NCBI GenBank assembly: GCA_903825435.1
Contig: CAIKAP010000097.1
Location: 10,547 to 74,546 of the forward strand
DNA: 64,000 bases
Direction of reading: 5' to 3'
Origin: an uncultured Verrucomicrobiota bacterium
Lineage (GTDB): Bacteria > Verrucomicrobiota > Verrucomicrobiia > Palsa-1439
Shown here: positions 1-9,036 of the stretch, in pieces
Layout: each line of letters opens with the position of its first letter
Numbering within the stretch: the stretch's first letter is position 1
Notes under the pieces: generated by a model
Told to the model about the DNA's origin: nothing
What the model saw: the letters and a program-made list of their open reading frames with translations, nothing else
Databases searched by the model: none
Made by a program: the position numbers and the translations under genes

Positions 1-985
1 CAACGTCGTCATGCTCGGCATCGCCTACCAGCGCGGCCTCCTGCCCGTCTCGCTCGAAAACATCGAGTGGGCGCTCCGCGAAACCATGGGCCGCTCCGCC
101 GACGATAACATCAAAGCCTTTCACCTCGGCCGCAAACTCGTCCTCGACCCGCCGCTCGCGCACCGCCACGAATTCCACGAGACCTACGAACAATTCATCG
201 TCGAGCGCATCGAAGTGATGAAACGCAACCACCGCGCCCGCGACCGCTGGGTCACCGAGTTCGAAGAACTCATCCACCGCAGCGAACAAAGCATCCACCT
301 CGGCGAACAAACCGAGCGCGACCTCGTCTGGCGTTTGTACAACCTCCTCGAATACGGCGGCACCAACGCCTACGCCCGCCAATACCTCGACCTCGTCGAG
401 CGCGTCTATCGTCTCGACAACATTGACCGCGAACACGCCGCGAACAAAGCCATCATCTGGAATCTCTACAAAGCGATGGCCATCAAAGACGAGATTTACG
501 TCGCGCACCTGATGACCAGCGAAGAAAAATTCCGCCGCGACAATCACCGCTACCACATTGACGCCGCTCGCGGCGATAAAATCCTCTACCATCACCTCAA
601 CCGACCCGAATTTATATTTCTCGGCAAAACCATCCGTTTCAAAATCAGCCCGAAGCGCTGGCAATTGAACACGCTGAAACACATGCGCTGGCTCCGCGCC
701 GCGCTCCCCGGCTGGCACCGGCGCGAACGCGAATTCCGCGACTGGTACATCCGGCTCGCCGAAGATTTCTGTCACGTCCTCCCGACGCTCGGCGCCGACC
801 GCGCCGCCTACGACCGCTGGGTCGAAGCGCTACGCTGCGTCGAAACGGTTCGCGGCTACCGCGAAGTTCGCTACCCGAAACTCGACGCCGCCCGCCAACA
901 CGCCGAGTCCCTCGTCCGCAACACCGGACGCGCCTCCGCGCGATACGCGCAAGACCGCAAACGCGCCGACCGCCCAAACAAATAA
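1..985 (+). CDS. C-terminal part (5' end lies outside the window) of an indolepyruvate/2-oxoacid:ferredoxin oxidoreductase family protein
   Basis: The translation NVVMLGIAYQRGLLPVSLENIEWALRE...NIKAFHLGRKL matches the conserved C-terminal motif of large IOR-family proteins (LGxAxQxGxLPxSxExIExAI...NxxAFxxGR). The ORF is open to the window edge and there is no RBS at the in-frame Met at position 11. Confidence 0.5.
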   Translation, partial: NVVMLGIAYQRGLLPVSLENIEWALRETMGRSADDNIKAFHLGRKLVLDPPLAHRHEFHETYEQFIVERIEVMKRNHRARDRWVTEFEELIHRSEQSIHLGEQTERDLVWRLYNLLEYGGTNAYARQYLDLVERVYRLDNIDREHAANKAIIWNLYKAMAIKDEIYVAHLMTSEEKFRRDNHRYHIDAARGDKILYHHLNRPEFIFLGKTIRFKISPKRWQLNTLKHMRWLRAALPGWHRREREFRDWYIRLAEDFCHVLPTLGADRAAYDRWVEALRCVETVRGYREVRYPKLDAARQHAESLVRNTGRASARYAQDRKRADRPNK

Positions 986-1048
986 AAAAGCGGCTGTAGC
1001 GAAAAAAGATCGGACTTTCCCCGCGTAATTTCACCGAAATTTTCGTTG

Positions 1049-1117
1049 CCGGAACATTTCCGGAACATGGCCGAAACAAAAAGTTCATGTTCCGGCCATG
1101 TTCCGGTTTTGTTCCGG
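1049..1117. repeat. Cluster of five CCGGAACA/TGTTCCGG octamers (2 forward, 3 reverse), containing an inverted repeat CCGGAACATGGCCG...CGGCCATGTTCCGG. Candidate operator array upstream of the 1242 gene.
   Basis: Direct reading. The IR arms are at 1060-1073 and 1093-1106. The same GGAACA core recurs at 14716, 51998 and as the 55684 tandem array. Confidence 0.5.
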
Positions 1118-1141
1118 CAAGAAAAAATCCGACAAGCAACC

Positions 1142-1169
1142 GTAGGGGCGACGCATGCGTCGCCCCTAC
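1142..1169. repeat. Perfect palindrome GTAGGGGCGACGC-ATG-CGTCGCCCCTAC (REP-like). A related copy lies at 59591-59634.
   Basis: Direct reading. It lies in an intergenic position. Confidence 0.6.
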
Positions 1170-1199
1170 ACCGGTTTCCGCGCAACAAAATAATTTTCT

Positions 1200-1226
1200 T
1201 TCGTGTCTTTCGTGTCTTTCGTGGTT
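1200..1226. repeat. Three copies of a 9-bp tandem repeat (TCGTGTCTT), immediately 5' of the 1242 start
   Basis: Direct reading: tcgtgtctttcgtgtctttcgtgg. Confidence 0.6.
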
Positions 1227-1241
1227 AAATCCTCCGACTTT

Positions 1242-3671
1242 ATGTTTCGGTTTTGTTCCGTCATTTTATTTTTCGTATTCGCCGCCGCCGCATCTGCCGA
1301 GGAAGCGCTCGACGCCACCGACCTCGCCTACATCCGCGAAGCGCTCGCCAAAATCCGGATGACGCCGCACGATCTCGGTTTCAAAAAAGATGTCGCCGAT
1401 TCCGTGTTCGTATTACCGGAAGCGCGACGGTTTCTCCGCGACCCGCTCGCGTTGCCGGTCTTCGGTCGCGACACGATGACCAATCTCCAATCCGCCGCCT
1501 CGCTCGAATCGCTCGCCAATTTTTGTGCCGCGAAATTACACGCGTCGCAACCGTCGCACATACCGGCACCGCACCAAAATCTTCCCGCGCTCGCGCAAAA
1601 AATTTACGACGCGGCGCTCGCGGCGCAGCCGTCATTGCCAAAACCGGACCGCGAGGCATTTGAAGCGTGGGCGCTCGAATTCATCAGCGATAAAAAAGAC
1701 AAGCAGCGTTATGCTCCGGATTTGTTCCGGCGGGACGACGCGCTGGAATTGCAGGACGACGAAGTCGCTAACGCCATTCTCGACGCGGGCGAACGCTTCG
1801 ATTGCGCGGCGATGATGTCGGTGTTCGCGGCGTTGTCGCGCGCGGTGGACGAAACACTCGCCGCGCTCGGCACGAACAGCGTCGCGGAATTTTCCGCGGA
1901 CACACCGCTCGGAAAAATTATCTGCACCGGAGCGTCGCGTCGGACTTTTACCGACGAAGCGTTTCTGATTATCGCCACCGGCAACGACAATTTATTTTTG
2001 AATTCTGCCGGTGGCGCGAACGGTCTCGACGGTCGGCCGGTTTGCGTCGTCATCGCGACGGGACACGGCAACCGGTACGCCAGCACGAATATTGTCGCGC
2101 AAGGCGCGGGGCTTTTCGGTATCGGAATTCTCGCGGATTTAGGCTCAAACTCGACGTTTACGGCGCGACACATCGCGCAAGGCGCGGGCTTGTTCGGCTG
2201 CGGCGCGCTCGTCACCGGTGTAGGCCGACAAAATTTCGAGGCCGACTCGTTTTGTCAGGGCGCGGGATTTTTCGGCGCGGGAATTTTGTGGCAACGCGGC
2301 GGCGACACGGTTTATCGTGCCGCGGAAAAGGCTCAAGGCTTCGGTGGCGTCGCCGGCTTCGGGCTGCTTAGTGATGAGGGTGGCGACGACTCATATTTCG
2401 CTGGTGGCAAATATCCGTGCGCGTGGACGCCGGGACAGTATTTCTCGCTGGCGCAAGGATTCGGATTCGGGATGCGTCCGTTTGCTGGAGGTGGCATCGG
2501 CGTTCTCTGTGACCTCGCGGGCAACGACCGCTACGAAGCGGGTGTGTACGGTCAGGGCGCGAGCTATTGGTACTCGGTCGGGCTGTTGCTCGACCGCGAA
2601 GGCAACGACACCTACAAGGCATTCCAGTATTGCCAGGGCGCGGGCATTCACCTGAGCTGCGGGGCGCTGATTGACTGGAGCGGCAACGACACGTACACCG
2701 CGCACGCCATCTGTCAGGGCGCAGCGCACGATTACAGCGTCGGGATGTTGATTGACCGTGCCGGTAATGACATTTACACCGGTGACAGCACGGCGCAGGG
2801 AGCGGCCATCAATAACTCGTTCGCGATGCTGCTCGACCGTTGCGGTGACGACGTGTACGTCGGCACCGACCCGAAACAATCGCAGGCGTCGGGCCACGAC
2901 GGCGGCAAACGCGAGTACGGCTCGATTGCGCTGTTGCTCGACCTCGGTGGCAACGATTTCTACTCGCAAGGTTGGAAGAACAACTCGACGTGGACGAAAC
3001 CGTTTTACGGCGTAGGAATGGATTGCGAGGCGCGGCCGTTTTACTGGGCGAAGCCGGTGGCGGAGGTTTATCAGACAGAGCAAGTAAAACCGGTTCGGGT
3101 GCGATGCGTGCCGGTGGATGTGCATCATCCGGTGGAGCGGCTGGTGCGTCGGGCGATCAGCGACGAGGGCGCGGAAGCGGCGAACAAGGAGCTGAAAACG
3201 AGGGCGGTGGAAGTGTTGCCGTACTTGTTGACGCGTGTGGACAGTCCGAACGTAATGTTGCGGGTGAAGGCGGAAGAGTTGGTGGATCTCGTCGGCACGA
3301 ACGCGGTACCAATGCTGGTGGAGGCGATCTGCTCGGCGAAAAACGATGAGGCGGTGCGCGTCTGCTGCTATTTTCTGGCGCGATTCGAGACGGCAACGAA
3401 TACGATTCCGTTGGTGCTGCCATTGCTTGGGCGTGAGAAGACGCGAACAACGGCGTTGTACACGCTCGGTCATTTGCGCGCACGCGAAGCGTTTGATGGG
3501 GCTCTGGCTGCCTTCGGTGACAAGAACGAATTGGTGCGGCTGCGCGCGGCGCAGGCGCTAGGACGGATTGGCGACCGGCGGGCGATTCCGTCGTTGGAGA
3601 AGGCGCGGCGGGACGAGTGGTGGGAGGTGCGATTTGCGGTGGAAGAGGCGCTTGCGCGGTTAGGTGAGTAA
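1242..3671 (+). CDS. Secreted repeat protein. It has an N-terminal signal peptide, about a dozen roughly 19-20 aa Gly-rich repeats (AQGAGxFGxG...GNDxY, beta-solenoid-like) and C-terminal PBS-lyase/HEAT-like repeats.
   Basis: Signal peptide MFRFCSVILFFVFAAAASA. Periodic QGAG(L/F)FG...L(L/I)D..GND.Y units. The C-terminus has repeated VRxxAAxALGRIGDxRAIP HEAT motifs. The ATG is at 1242; the six-frame ORF begins at a GTG at 1203. Confidence 0.6.
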   Translation: MFRFCSVILFFVFAAAASAEEALDATDLAYIREALAKIRMTPHDLGFKKDVADSVFVLPEARRFLRDPLALPVFGRDTMTNLQSAASLESLANFCAAKLHASQPSHIPAPHQNLPALAQKIYDAALAAQPSLPKPDREAFEAWALEFISDKKDKQRYAPDLFRRDDALELQDDEVANAILDAGERFDCAAMMSVFAALSRAVDETLAALGTNSVAEFSADTPLGKIICTGASRRTFTDEAFLIIATGNDNLFLNSAGGANGLDGRPVCVVIATGHGNRYASTNIVAQGAGLFGIGILADLGSNSTFTARHIAQGAGLFGCGALVTGVGRQNFEADSFCQGAGFFGAGILWQRGGDTVYRAAEKAQGFGGVAGFGLLSDEGGDDSYFAGGKYPCAWTPGQYFSLAQGFGFGMRPFAGGGIGVLCDLAGNDRYEAGVYGQGASYWYSVGLLLDREGNDTYKAFQYCQGAGIHLSCGALIDWSGNDTYTAHAICQGAAHDYSVGMLIDRAGNDIYTGDSTAQGAAINNSFAMLLDRCGDDVYVGTDPKQSQASGHDGGKREYGSIALLLDLGGNDFYSQGWKNNSTWTKPFYGVGMDCEARPFYWAKPVAEVYQTEQVKPVRVRCVPVDVHHPVERLVRRAISDEGAEAANKELKTRAVEVLPYLLTRVDSPNVMLRVKAEELVDLVGTNAVPMLVEAICSAKNDEAVRVCCYFLARFETATNTIPLVLPLLGREKTRTTALYTLGHLRAREAFDGALAAFGDKNELVRLRAAQALGRIGDRRAIPSLEKARRDEWWEVRFAVEEALARLGE

Positions 3672-3734
3672 TAGGGTTGCCGTCGCCGCGTGTCTCGTGT
3701 ATACGAAAAGCCAAATTACGGGGAGAGCGCCACC

Positions 3735-5021
3735 ATGCCTGAGCGGAAACCGTCTGTCGGAAATTATCGTTGGGTCGTCTGCGCGTTGTTGTTTTTTGCA
3801 ACGACCGTCAACTATATTGACCGCCAGATTCTTTCCTTGTTGAAGGAAATTCTCGATCAGAAAATTGGCTGGACCAACGAACAGTTCGGCTGGGTCAACT
3901 CCGCCTTCCAGTTTTCTTATGGTATCGGCCTGCTCGGCTTTGGCTGGTTTGTGGACCGCTTTGGCACGAAGGTCGGATACGCTGTTTCCATCGCCGCGTG
4001 GAGCGTCTCAGCGATGGCGCACGCGCTCGTTGGCAACGTGAGCGGCTTCATCAGCGCCCGCGTCGCACTCGGCCTCGGCGAATCGGGCAACTTTCCCTCC
4101 GCCGTCAAAGCCACCGCGCTCTGGTTCCCGAAACGCGAACGCGCGTTCGCCACGAGCATCTTCAACGCCGGCACCAATGCCGGCGCGCTGATTGCCCCGG
4201 CGATCATCCCGTGGATGGCGTTCAAGTGGGGCTGGCAATCCACGTTCATCGCCGCTGGCATTTTCGGCTTCCTGTGGCTGTTCCTCTGGATTCCGTTCTA
4301 CGACGTGCCGGATAAGTGCAAACGCGTCTCGCGCGAGGAATACGAGGTCATCCACAGCGACGGCGAGGATAAAAACGCCAACGGCAAGGTTTCCTGGCTC
4401 AGCCTGTTGCGCCACCGTCAAACATGGTCGTTCATCATCGGTAAGTTCCTGACGGACCCGGTCTGGTGGTTCTTCCTGATCTGGCTGCCGGATTTATTCA
4501 AGAAAACCTACCACCTCGACATCAAGAAGAGTTGGGTCCATCTCGTCACCATTTACGCCATTGTTACGGTGCTCAGTATTTTCGGCGGCTGGATCACCGG
4601 CTACCTCGCCCAACGCGGCTGGAGCGTCACCCGCGCCCGCAAGACCGGCATGATTGCCTTCGCGCTCTGCGTGGTCCCGGTGTTCTTCGCGACGAGTTTC
4701 AGCGTCTGGCCTGCCGTTCTGTTGATCGCGCTGGCCGGTTCGGCGCACCAAGCTTGGTCGGCGAATCTCTACACCACCGTCTCCGACATGTTTCCGAAAC
4801 GGGCCGTCGCCTCCGTCATCGGCATCGGCGGTATGGCCGGCTCCGCAGGCGGATTCCTATTCCCCATCTACTGCGGTAAGATCCTCGATAAATTTAAGGC
4901 CGCTGACAACGAGATTGGTGCCTACACCCACCTCTTGCACGTCTTGGCATTCGTTTACATCCTGGCCTTTGTGCTGCACCATTTCTGCGCGCCGAGATTT
5001 GAACAGGTTGAGATGAATTGA
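3735..5021 (+). CDS. MFS transporter, ACS/hexuronate (ExuT-like) family
   Basis: 12-TM MFS pattern. The motifs NYIDRQILSLL and GWVNSAFQFSYGIG are typical of ExuT-type sugar-acid transporters. The ATG at 3735 has a GGGGAG RBS; the ORF itself opens at a GTG at 3690. Confidence 0.8.
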   Translation: MPERKPSVGNYRWVVCALLFFATTVNYIDRQILSLLKEILDQKIGWTNEQFGWVNSAFQFSYGIGLLGFGWFVDRFGTKVGYAVSIAAWSVSAMAHALVGNVSGFISARVALGLGESGNFPSAVKATALWFPKRERAFATSIFNAGTNAGALIAPAIIPWMAFKWGWQSTFIAAGIFGFLWLFLWIPFYDVPDKCKRVSREEYEVIHSDGEDKNANGKVSWLSLLRHRQTWSFIIGKFLTDPVWWFFLIWLPDLFKKTYHLDIKKSWVHLVTIYAIVTVLSIFGGWITGYLAQRGWSVTRARKTGMIAFALCVVPVFFATSFSVWPAVLLIALAGSAHQAWSANLYTTVSDMFPKRAVASVIGIGGMAGSAGGFLFPIYCGKILDKFKAADNEIGAYTHLLHVLAFVYILAFVLHHFCAPRFEQVEMN

Positions 5022-5239
5022 CTCGTATGTAAACTCGCTTCACCATTGACACGGTCTGCTACGTTGGATGATGTTCAAGTGAAGGGTGTGTGTAATGCTT
5101 CATCGCAGTTCCTTCCCTCATAGTGCGGAGATGCTGATTAACGTTGAGAGCGGAGAGCCTCTTCTCTATACTTTCTGCCATGACTAGCCCTATTTACTGT
5201 GGAAACTAAACCCTCAATGAGTATCAAGAAAGTTAAGAA

Positions 5240-6124
5240 ATGAAACCACTCGCAACGCTGATCGTGTTTCTCGGAATCGCTCGCTCACTCTCCGCGGCGG
5301 AGCCGAACAATGACCGGTTCGCGGCACTGTCGAATCAGTATCAGTATCCCGTAGCTATTGCAGTCGGAATAAAGTTGGAACAAAGTCAGATCCTGCCGAC
5401 GGGCTACAAGCTGGTTTGGCAGGATGAATTCGACTGCGACAAACTCGATACGAACAAGTGGTCGGTGCGGGTCGGGCCTCGACGAGAGAACCACATCGTC
5501 GCCGAGGCCGTAAGCGTCAAGGAAGGTGTGTTGACGATTACAACGTTCACAGAGAACGGGAAGCATAATACTGGATATCTGTGGACAAAAAGCAAGTACG
5601 AGGCGTGCTACGGTTACTACGAGGCACGAATCCGGTTTAATAGCACGTCGGGAGAGTGGGGCGCATTTTGGTTGAACTCACCGACGATGGGTAAGATGAT
5701 CGGCGATCCAGCAAAGGCGGGCGTGGAGATTGACATCGTCGAGCATCGCGTCCGCGACGGCAAGGGAGTCGACATCGCGAATAGCTACCCGATGACAGTG
5801 CATTGGGACGGCTATGCAAAGGGCGTACACAAGCAAATCAGCAGTATGAGTCACACGGCGCCGTTGCAAGGCGAATGGCATACGTACGGGCTGTTGTGGA
5901 CGCCGGATCGCTATCGATTCTATCTCGACGGCGTGGAGCAGTGGACGACCACCAAGGCCGTCTCGCAGCGCAGCGAGTACATTCTGTTGTGCTGCGAGAT
6001 TGTTACCCACGAGATTGAGAATATTGCGTGGGCAGGTAAGATTCCTGAAGGTGGGTACGGCTCTCGCGACGCCAGCAAGACAAAAATGGAAGTGGATTAC
6101 GTCCGCGTCTATCAACAGCCGTGA
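5240..6124 (+). CDS. Secreted glycoside hydrolase family 16 (beta-glucanase/laminarinase-like)
   Basis: Signal peptide. The GH16 catalytic motif EIDIVE is present, as is the beta-jelly-roll pattern (WQDEFD..., GEWGAFWL, WTPDRYRFYLDG). Confidence 0.75.
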   Translation: MKPLATLIVFLGIARSLSAAEPNNDRFAALSNQYQYPVAIAVGIKLEQSQILPTGYKLVWQDEFDCDKLDTNKWSVRVGPRRENHIVAEAVSVKEGVLTITTFTENGKHNTGYLWTKSKYEACYGYYEARIRFNSTSGEWGAFWLNSPTMGKMIGDPAKAGVEIDIVEHRVRDGKGVDIANSYPMTVHWDGYAKGVHKQISSMSHTAPLQGEWHTYGLLWTPDRYRFYLDGVEQWTTTKAVSQRSEYILLCCEIVTHEIENIAWAGKIPEGGYGSRDASKTKMEVDYVRVYQQP

Positions 6125-6414
6125 ATACGATACGTTTCACCGAGTCGCCAGAAGGCGTGATGTTTCCCGTGCGAGTCCAGCCGCGCGCACGGCGCAATGC
6201 GGTTGCCGTCCTGAAGGGGGACGCATTGAAAGTGTACGTGACCGCGCCGCCGGAGGACGGGCGGGCGAACGAGGCGGTCATTGAGTTGCTCGCCGAGACG
6301 CTTGGCGTGAAACGGCGTCAGGTGGAAATCATTACCGGCGCGACCAGCCGCGACAAGGTGGTGCGGGTGAGCGGACTGGCGAGTCGGGAGTTGGCAGCGA
6401 AGCTGTCGGCGTGA
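6121..6414 (+). CDS. DUF167 (YggU-like) family protein
   Basis: 97 aa. The PVRVQPRARRNAV...LKVYVTAPPEDGRANEAVIELLAETLGVKRRQVEIITG pattern is characteristic of DUF167. The GTG start overlaps the upstream stop (GTGA). Confidence 0.7.
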   Translation: MNTIRFTESPEGVMFPVRVQPRARRNAVAVLKGDALKVYVTAPPEDGRANEAVIELLAETLGVKRRQVEIITGATSRDKVVRVSGLASRELAAKLSA

Positions 6415-6426
6415 TATGGTGGCGCC

Positions 6427-7569
6427 ATGAAACGGATTCTTTGGCTTGCATTGGCTCTTGTCCTGGCGACGGCGACGGCCCAGGCTGCGACGAAGAAGAA
6501 ACAAAGCACTGCCTCGCCGCCACCTGGCCTCGAAGCTGCAAAGGCAGTCAGCACCGTCACCGGCGTCGGCGCGTGGGAGTACTTCCACACGCCCGCCGAC
6601 AAGCGCGATTCACTCAACTGGTACGCCCACCCTTCATTCTGGGTGCCAGCGATGCTGCTGGTAGCCGCTGTCGCCTTCAAAGATTCTGTTGGCACAGCTG
6701 TGCCGCCCGGCTTGAAGAAACCGCTCGACGTCGCCGAGACCGTCGAGAACAAAGTCAGCGGCCTTGTCGCCGCCGGCGCCGTTGTGCCGAGCATCGCCGC
6801 CGTCTTTTCATTCGACACCGGTACCGCACACGCCGCCGCCGCGCACATTCAAATGGCCGGCTTCAACCCAGCGGGGCTACTCGACATCCTCACCGTGCCG
6901 CTGGCCATCGTCGCGTTCGGGCTGGTCTGGCTTGCCGCGCACGCCATCAACGTCCTCATCCTCCTCAGTCCGTGGGGCGTCGTGGACGCCGCGCTGAAAT
7001 CCTTCCGCACGTTCCTGCTCGGCCTCGTGACCGTCACCCACTTCGTCAACCCGTGGGCCGGCATGATCCTGTCGCTCATCATCATTCTCATCGCATGGTT
7101 GATCGCCGGCTGGTCGTTCCGCCTGATGATCTTCGGCTCTGTTTACGTCTGGGATTTCGTCACGATTCGCAAACACCGGTTCCAACCCGAACCCAACGCC
7201 AATTGGATGTTCACCGCCCGCAAGATCGAGAAGACGCCCGTTCGCACCTATGGGCGCCTCGTGCGCGACGACGCCGGCAAACTGACCTTCGACTACCGTC
7301 CGTGGCTGTTCGGCAAAAAACGCACCGTCGAGTTACCGAAAGGCACCTACGCCGTCGGCAGCGGTATGTTCTACTCCGAAGTGTTGCTTGTCGAAGGCGA
7401 GAAGGAACGGATGATGTTGCTCCTGCCGCCGCGCTACCGCACGCACGAGGAAGAGATCGTCAAGGCGTACGGCTTCCTCGAAGTTCGCGCCACCGGTTTG
7501 CGACGCGCATGGCAATCCATCAAGAACCTTTTCGGTTTCGGCGCCAAGGCCTCGCCCGCCGTCGCATGA
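6427..7569 (+). CDS. Hypothetical multi-pass membrane protein with an N-terminal signal peptide
   Basis: Signal MKRILWLALALVLATATAQA and several hydrophobic helices. I recognised no family. Its stop overlaps the start of the next gene (ATGA). Confidence 0.5.
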   Translation: MKRILWLALALVLATATAQAATKKKQSTASPPPGLEAAKAVSTVTGVGAWEYFHTPADKRDSLNWYAHPSFWVPAMLLVAAVAFKDSVGTAVPPGLKKPLDVAETVENKVSGLVAAGAVVPSIAAVFSFDTGTAHAAAAHIQMAGFNPAGLLDILTVPLAIVAFGLVWLAAHAINVLILLSPWGVVDAALKSFRTFLLGLVTVTHFVNPWAGMILSLIIILIAWLIAGWSFRLMIFGSVYVWDFVTIRKHRFQPEPNANWMFTARKIEKTPVRTYGRLVRDDAGKLTFDYRPWLFGKKRTVELPKGTYAVGSGMFYSEVLLVEGEKERMMLLLPPRYRTHEEEIVKAYGFLEVRATGLRRAWQSIKNLFGFGAKASPAVA

Positions 7570-8606
7570 ATCGCATCACCGACGCCGAAGCGCTGCGCCT
7601 GTTCCAGTCGCACGACCTCAATGCCATCGGCACGCAGGCCAACACCGTCCGCGAAGCCAAGAACGGCAACGCCGCCTTCTACATTCTGAACCGGCACATC
7701 AACTACTCCAACCTCTGCGTCCTCGACTGCGACTTCTGCGCCTTCTACCGCCGCCCCGGTGAGGAAGGCGCCTACGAACTCGGTCTTGCCGAGATAGTCG
7801 AGAAAGCCAAAGCCGCTCTCGCACTCGGTATTACCGAGATCCACCTCGTCGGCGGACTTCACCCGACGTGGAAACTCGCGCAGTACATTGAGTTGCTCCG
7901 CGCGTTGCAGGCGCTCGACCCGCGCCTGCACCTGAAAGCGTTCACCGCCACCGAGATTCGCCACTTCGCCCGCCGTGCCAAGCGCCGCATCGGCGACATC
8001 CTCGCCACGCTTCGCGACGCCGGTCTCGGCTCGCTCACCGGTGGCGGCGCGGAGATTTTCGCGCCCGAAATCCGGAAACAAATCTGCGCGCCAAAAGAAA
8101 CCGCCGACCAGTGGCTCGACGTCCACCGTACCTGGCACAAGATGGGCGGACGCTCGACTTGCACGATGCTCATCGGCCACATCGAGAAGTTCGAGCACCG
8201 CGTGGACCATCTTCGCCGGCTCCGCGAGTTGCAGGACGAAACCGGCGGATTCACCGCGCTTGTTACGCTTCCGTTCCAACCCGCCAACACTAAGCTCTCG
8301 CACTTGCCCGGCCCCAGCGGCTACGACCTCCTCAAGACGCTCGCCATCGCTCGCATCTACCTCGACAACTTCGACCACATCAAAGCGTACTGGATCTCGA
8401 TGGGAATGAAACTCGCGCAAGTCGCACTCAGCTTCGGCGTGGACGACATAGACGGCACCGTCATGGAAGAAAGAATTTACCACATGGCCGGTGTGCAGAC
8501 GCCGCAACAAATGGCCTGCGCCGAACTCGAAGCCGCCATCCGCGAAGCCGGCCGTGACCCCGTCCAACGCGATTCGCTTTACCGTCCTGTAAGCGACTTC
8601 TCGTAA
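7566..8606 (+). CDS. Radical SAM enzyme of the futalosine menaquinone pathway (MqnC/MqnE family)
   Basis: CVLDCDFCAF matches the CxxxCxxC radical-SAM cluster motif. The overall sequence, about 346 aa, resembles cyclic dehypoxanthinyl futalosine synthase or aminofutalosine synthase. Confidence 0.75.
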   Translation: MNRITDAEALRLFQSHDLNAIGTQANTVREAKNGNAAFYILNRHINYSNLCVLDCDFCAFYRRPGEEGAYELGLAEIVEKAKAALALGITEIHLVGGLHPTWKLAQYIELLRALQALDPRLHLKAFTATEIRHFARRAKRRIGDILATLRDAGLGSLTGGGAEIFAPEIRKQICAPKETADQWLDVHRTWHKMGGRSTCTMLIGHIEKFEHRVDHLRRLRELQDETGGFTALVTLPFQPANTKLSHLPGPSGYDLLKTLAIARIYLDNFDHIKAYWISMGMKLAQVALSFGVDDIDGTVMEERIYHMAGVQTPQQMACAELEAAIREAGRDPVQRDSLYRPVSDFS

Positions 8607-9004
8607 TCGGCCACGAAGAACTGCTGGCCCTTGCGGACGATCTTTTGTCCTTCCGCCTTGAGCAACCGGCATTGCGCCTTTACGCCGCCGGGGTATTTCG
8701 GGTTGATCTGGCCGCCCGACTTCAACGTACGCCAGTATGGCGTCGTGACGCTCTCGCCTTCCGCCGCCGCCTCCGCCGCGGCGTGCGCGGCGATCCACGC
8801 AAAGATGCCGGTCGTCAATGGACAGGCGATGTCGGTGCCATGCTTGCGTGCGAGGCACCGGCGAATCTCATCAATCGTGGTGAGCTTGCCGTGCGGCACC
8901 TGCGCCATGACTTCGTCCACTTCGCGCGGTGCGGGGATTACCAACGTCTTCGGGAGGTCCTTGTTAGTTTCCAGTTTCTCCCGCCAGGATTTGCGCGTTT
9001 TCAT
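8579..9004 (-). CDS. MGMT-family (alkyltransferase-like) DNA-binding protein lacking the catalytic Cys
   Basis: Fold pattern of the MGMT C-terminal domain. PYWR replaces the PCHR active-site motif. The conserved GG...LL.AEG tail is present. Start at MKTRKSW. Confidence 0.45.
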   Translation of the reverse strand: MKTRKSWREKLETNKDLPKTLVIPAPREVDEVMAQVPHGKLTTIDEIRRCLARKHGTDIACPLTTGIFAWIAAHAAAEAAAEGESVTTPYWRTLKSGGQINPKYPGGVKAQCRLLKAEGQKIVRKGQQFFVADYEKSLTGR

Positions 9005-9036
9005 GTCGCGCTCTTTACCGCGCCGCGCCAGGAGAG

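Noticed and set aside
6411-8606. 731-aa ORF spanning two genes
   Set aside because: Its first half is an Arg-rich out-of-frame read through 6427-7569. Only the last 346 codons (7566-8606, the radical SAM gene) are real.
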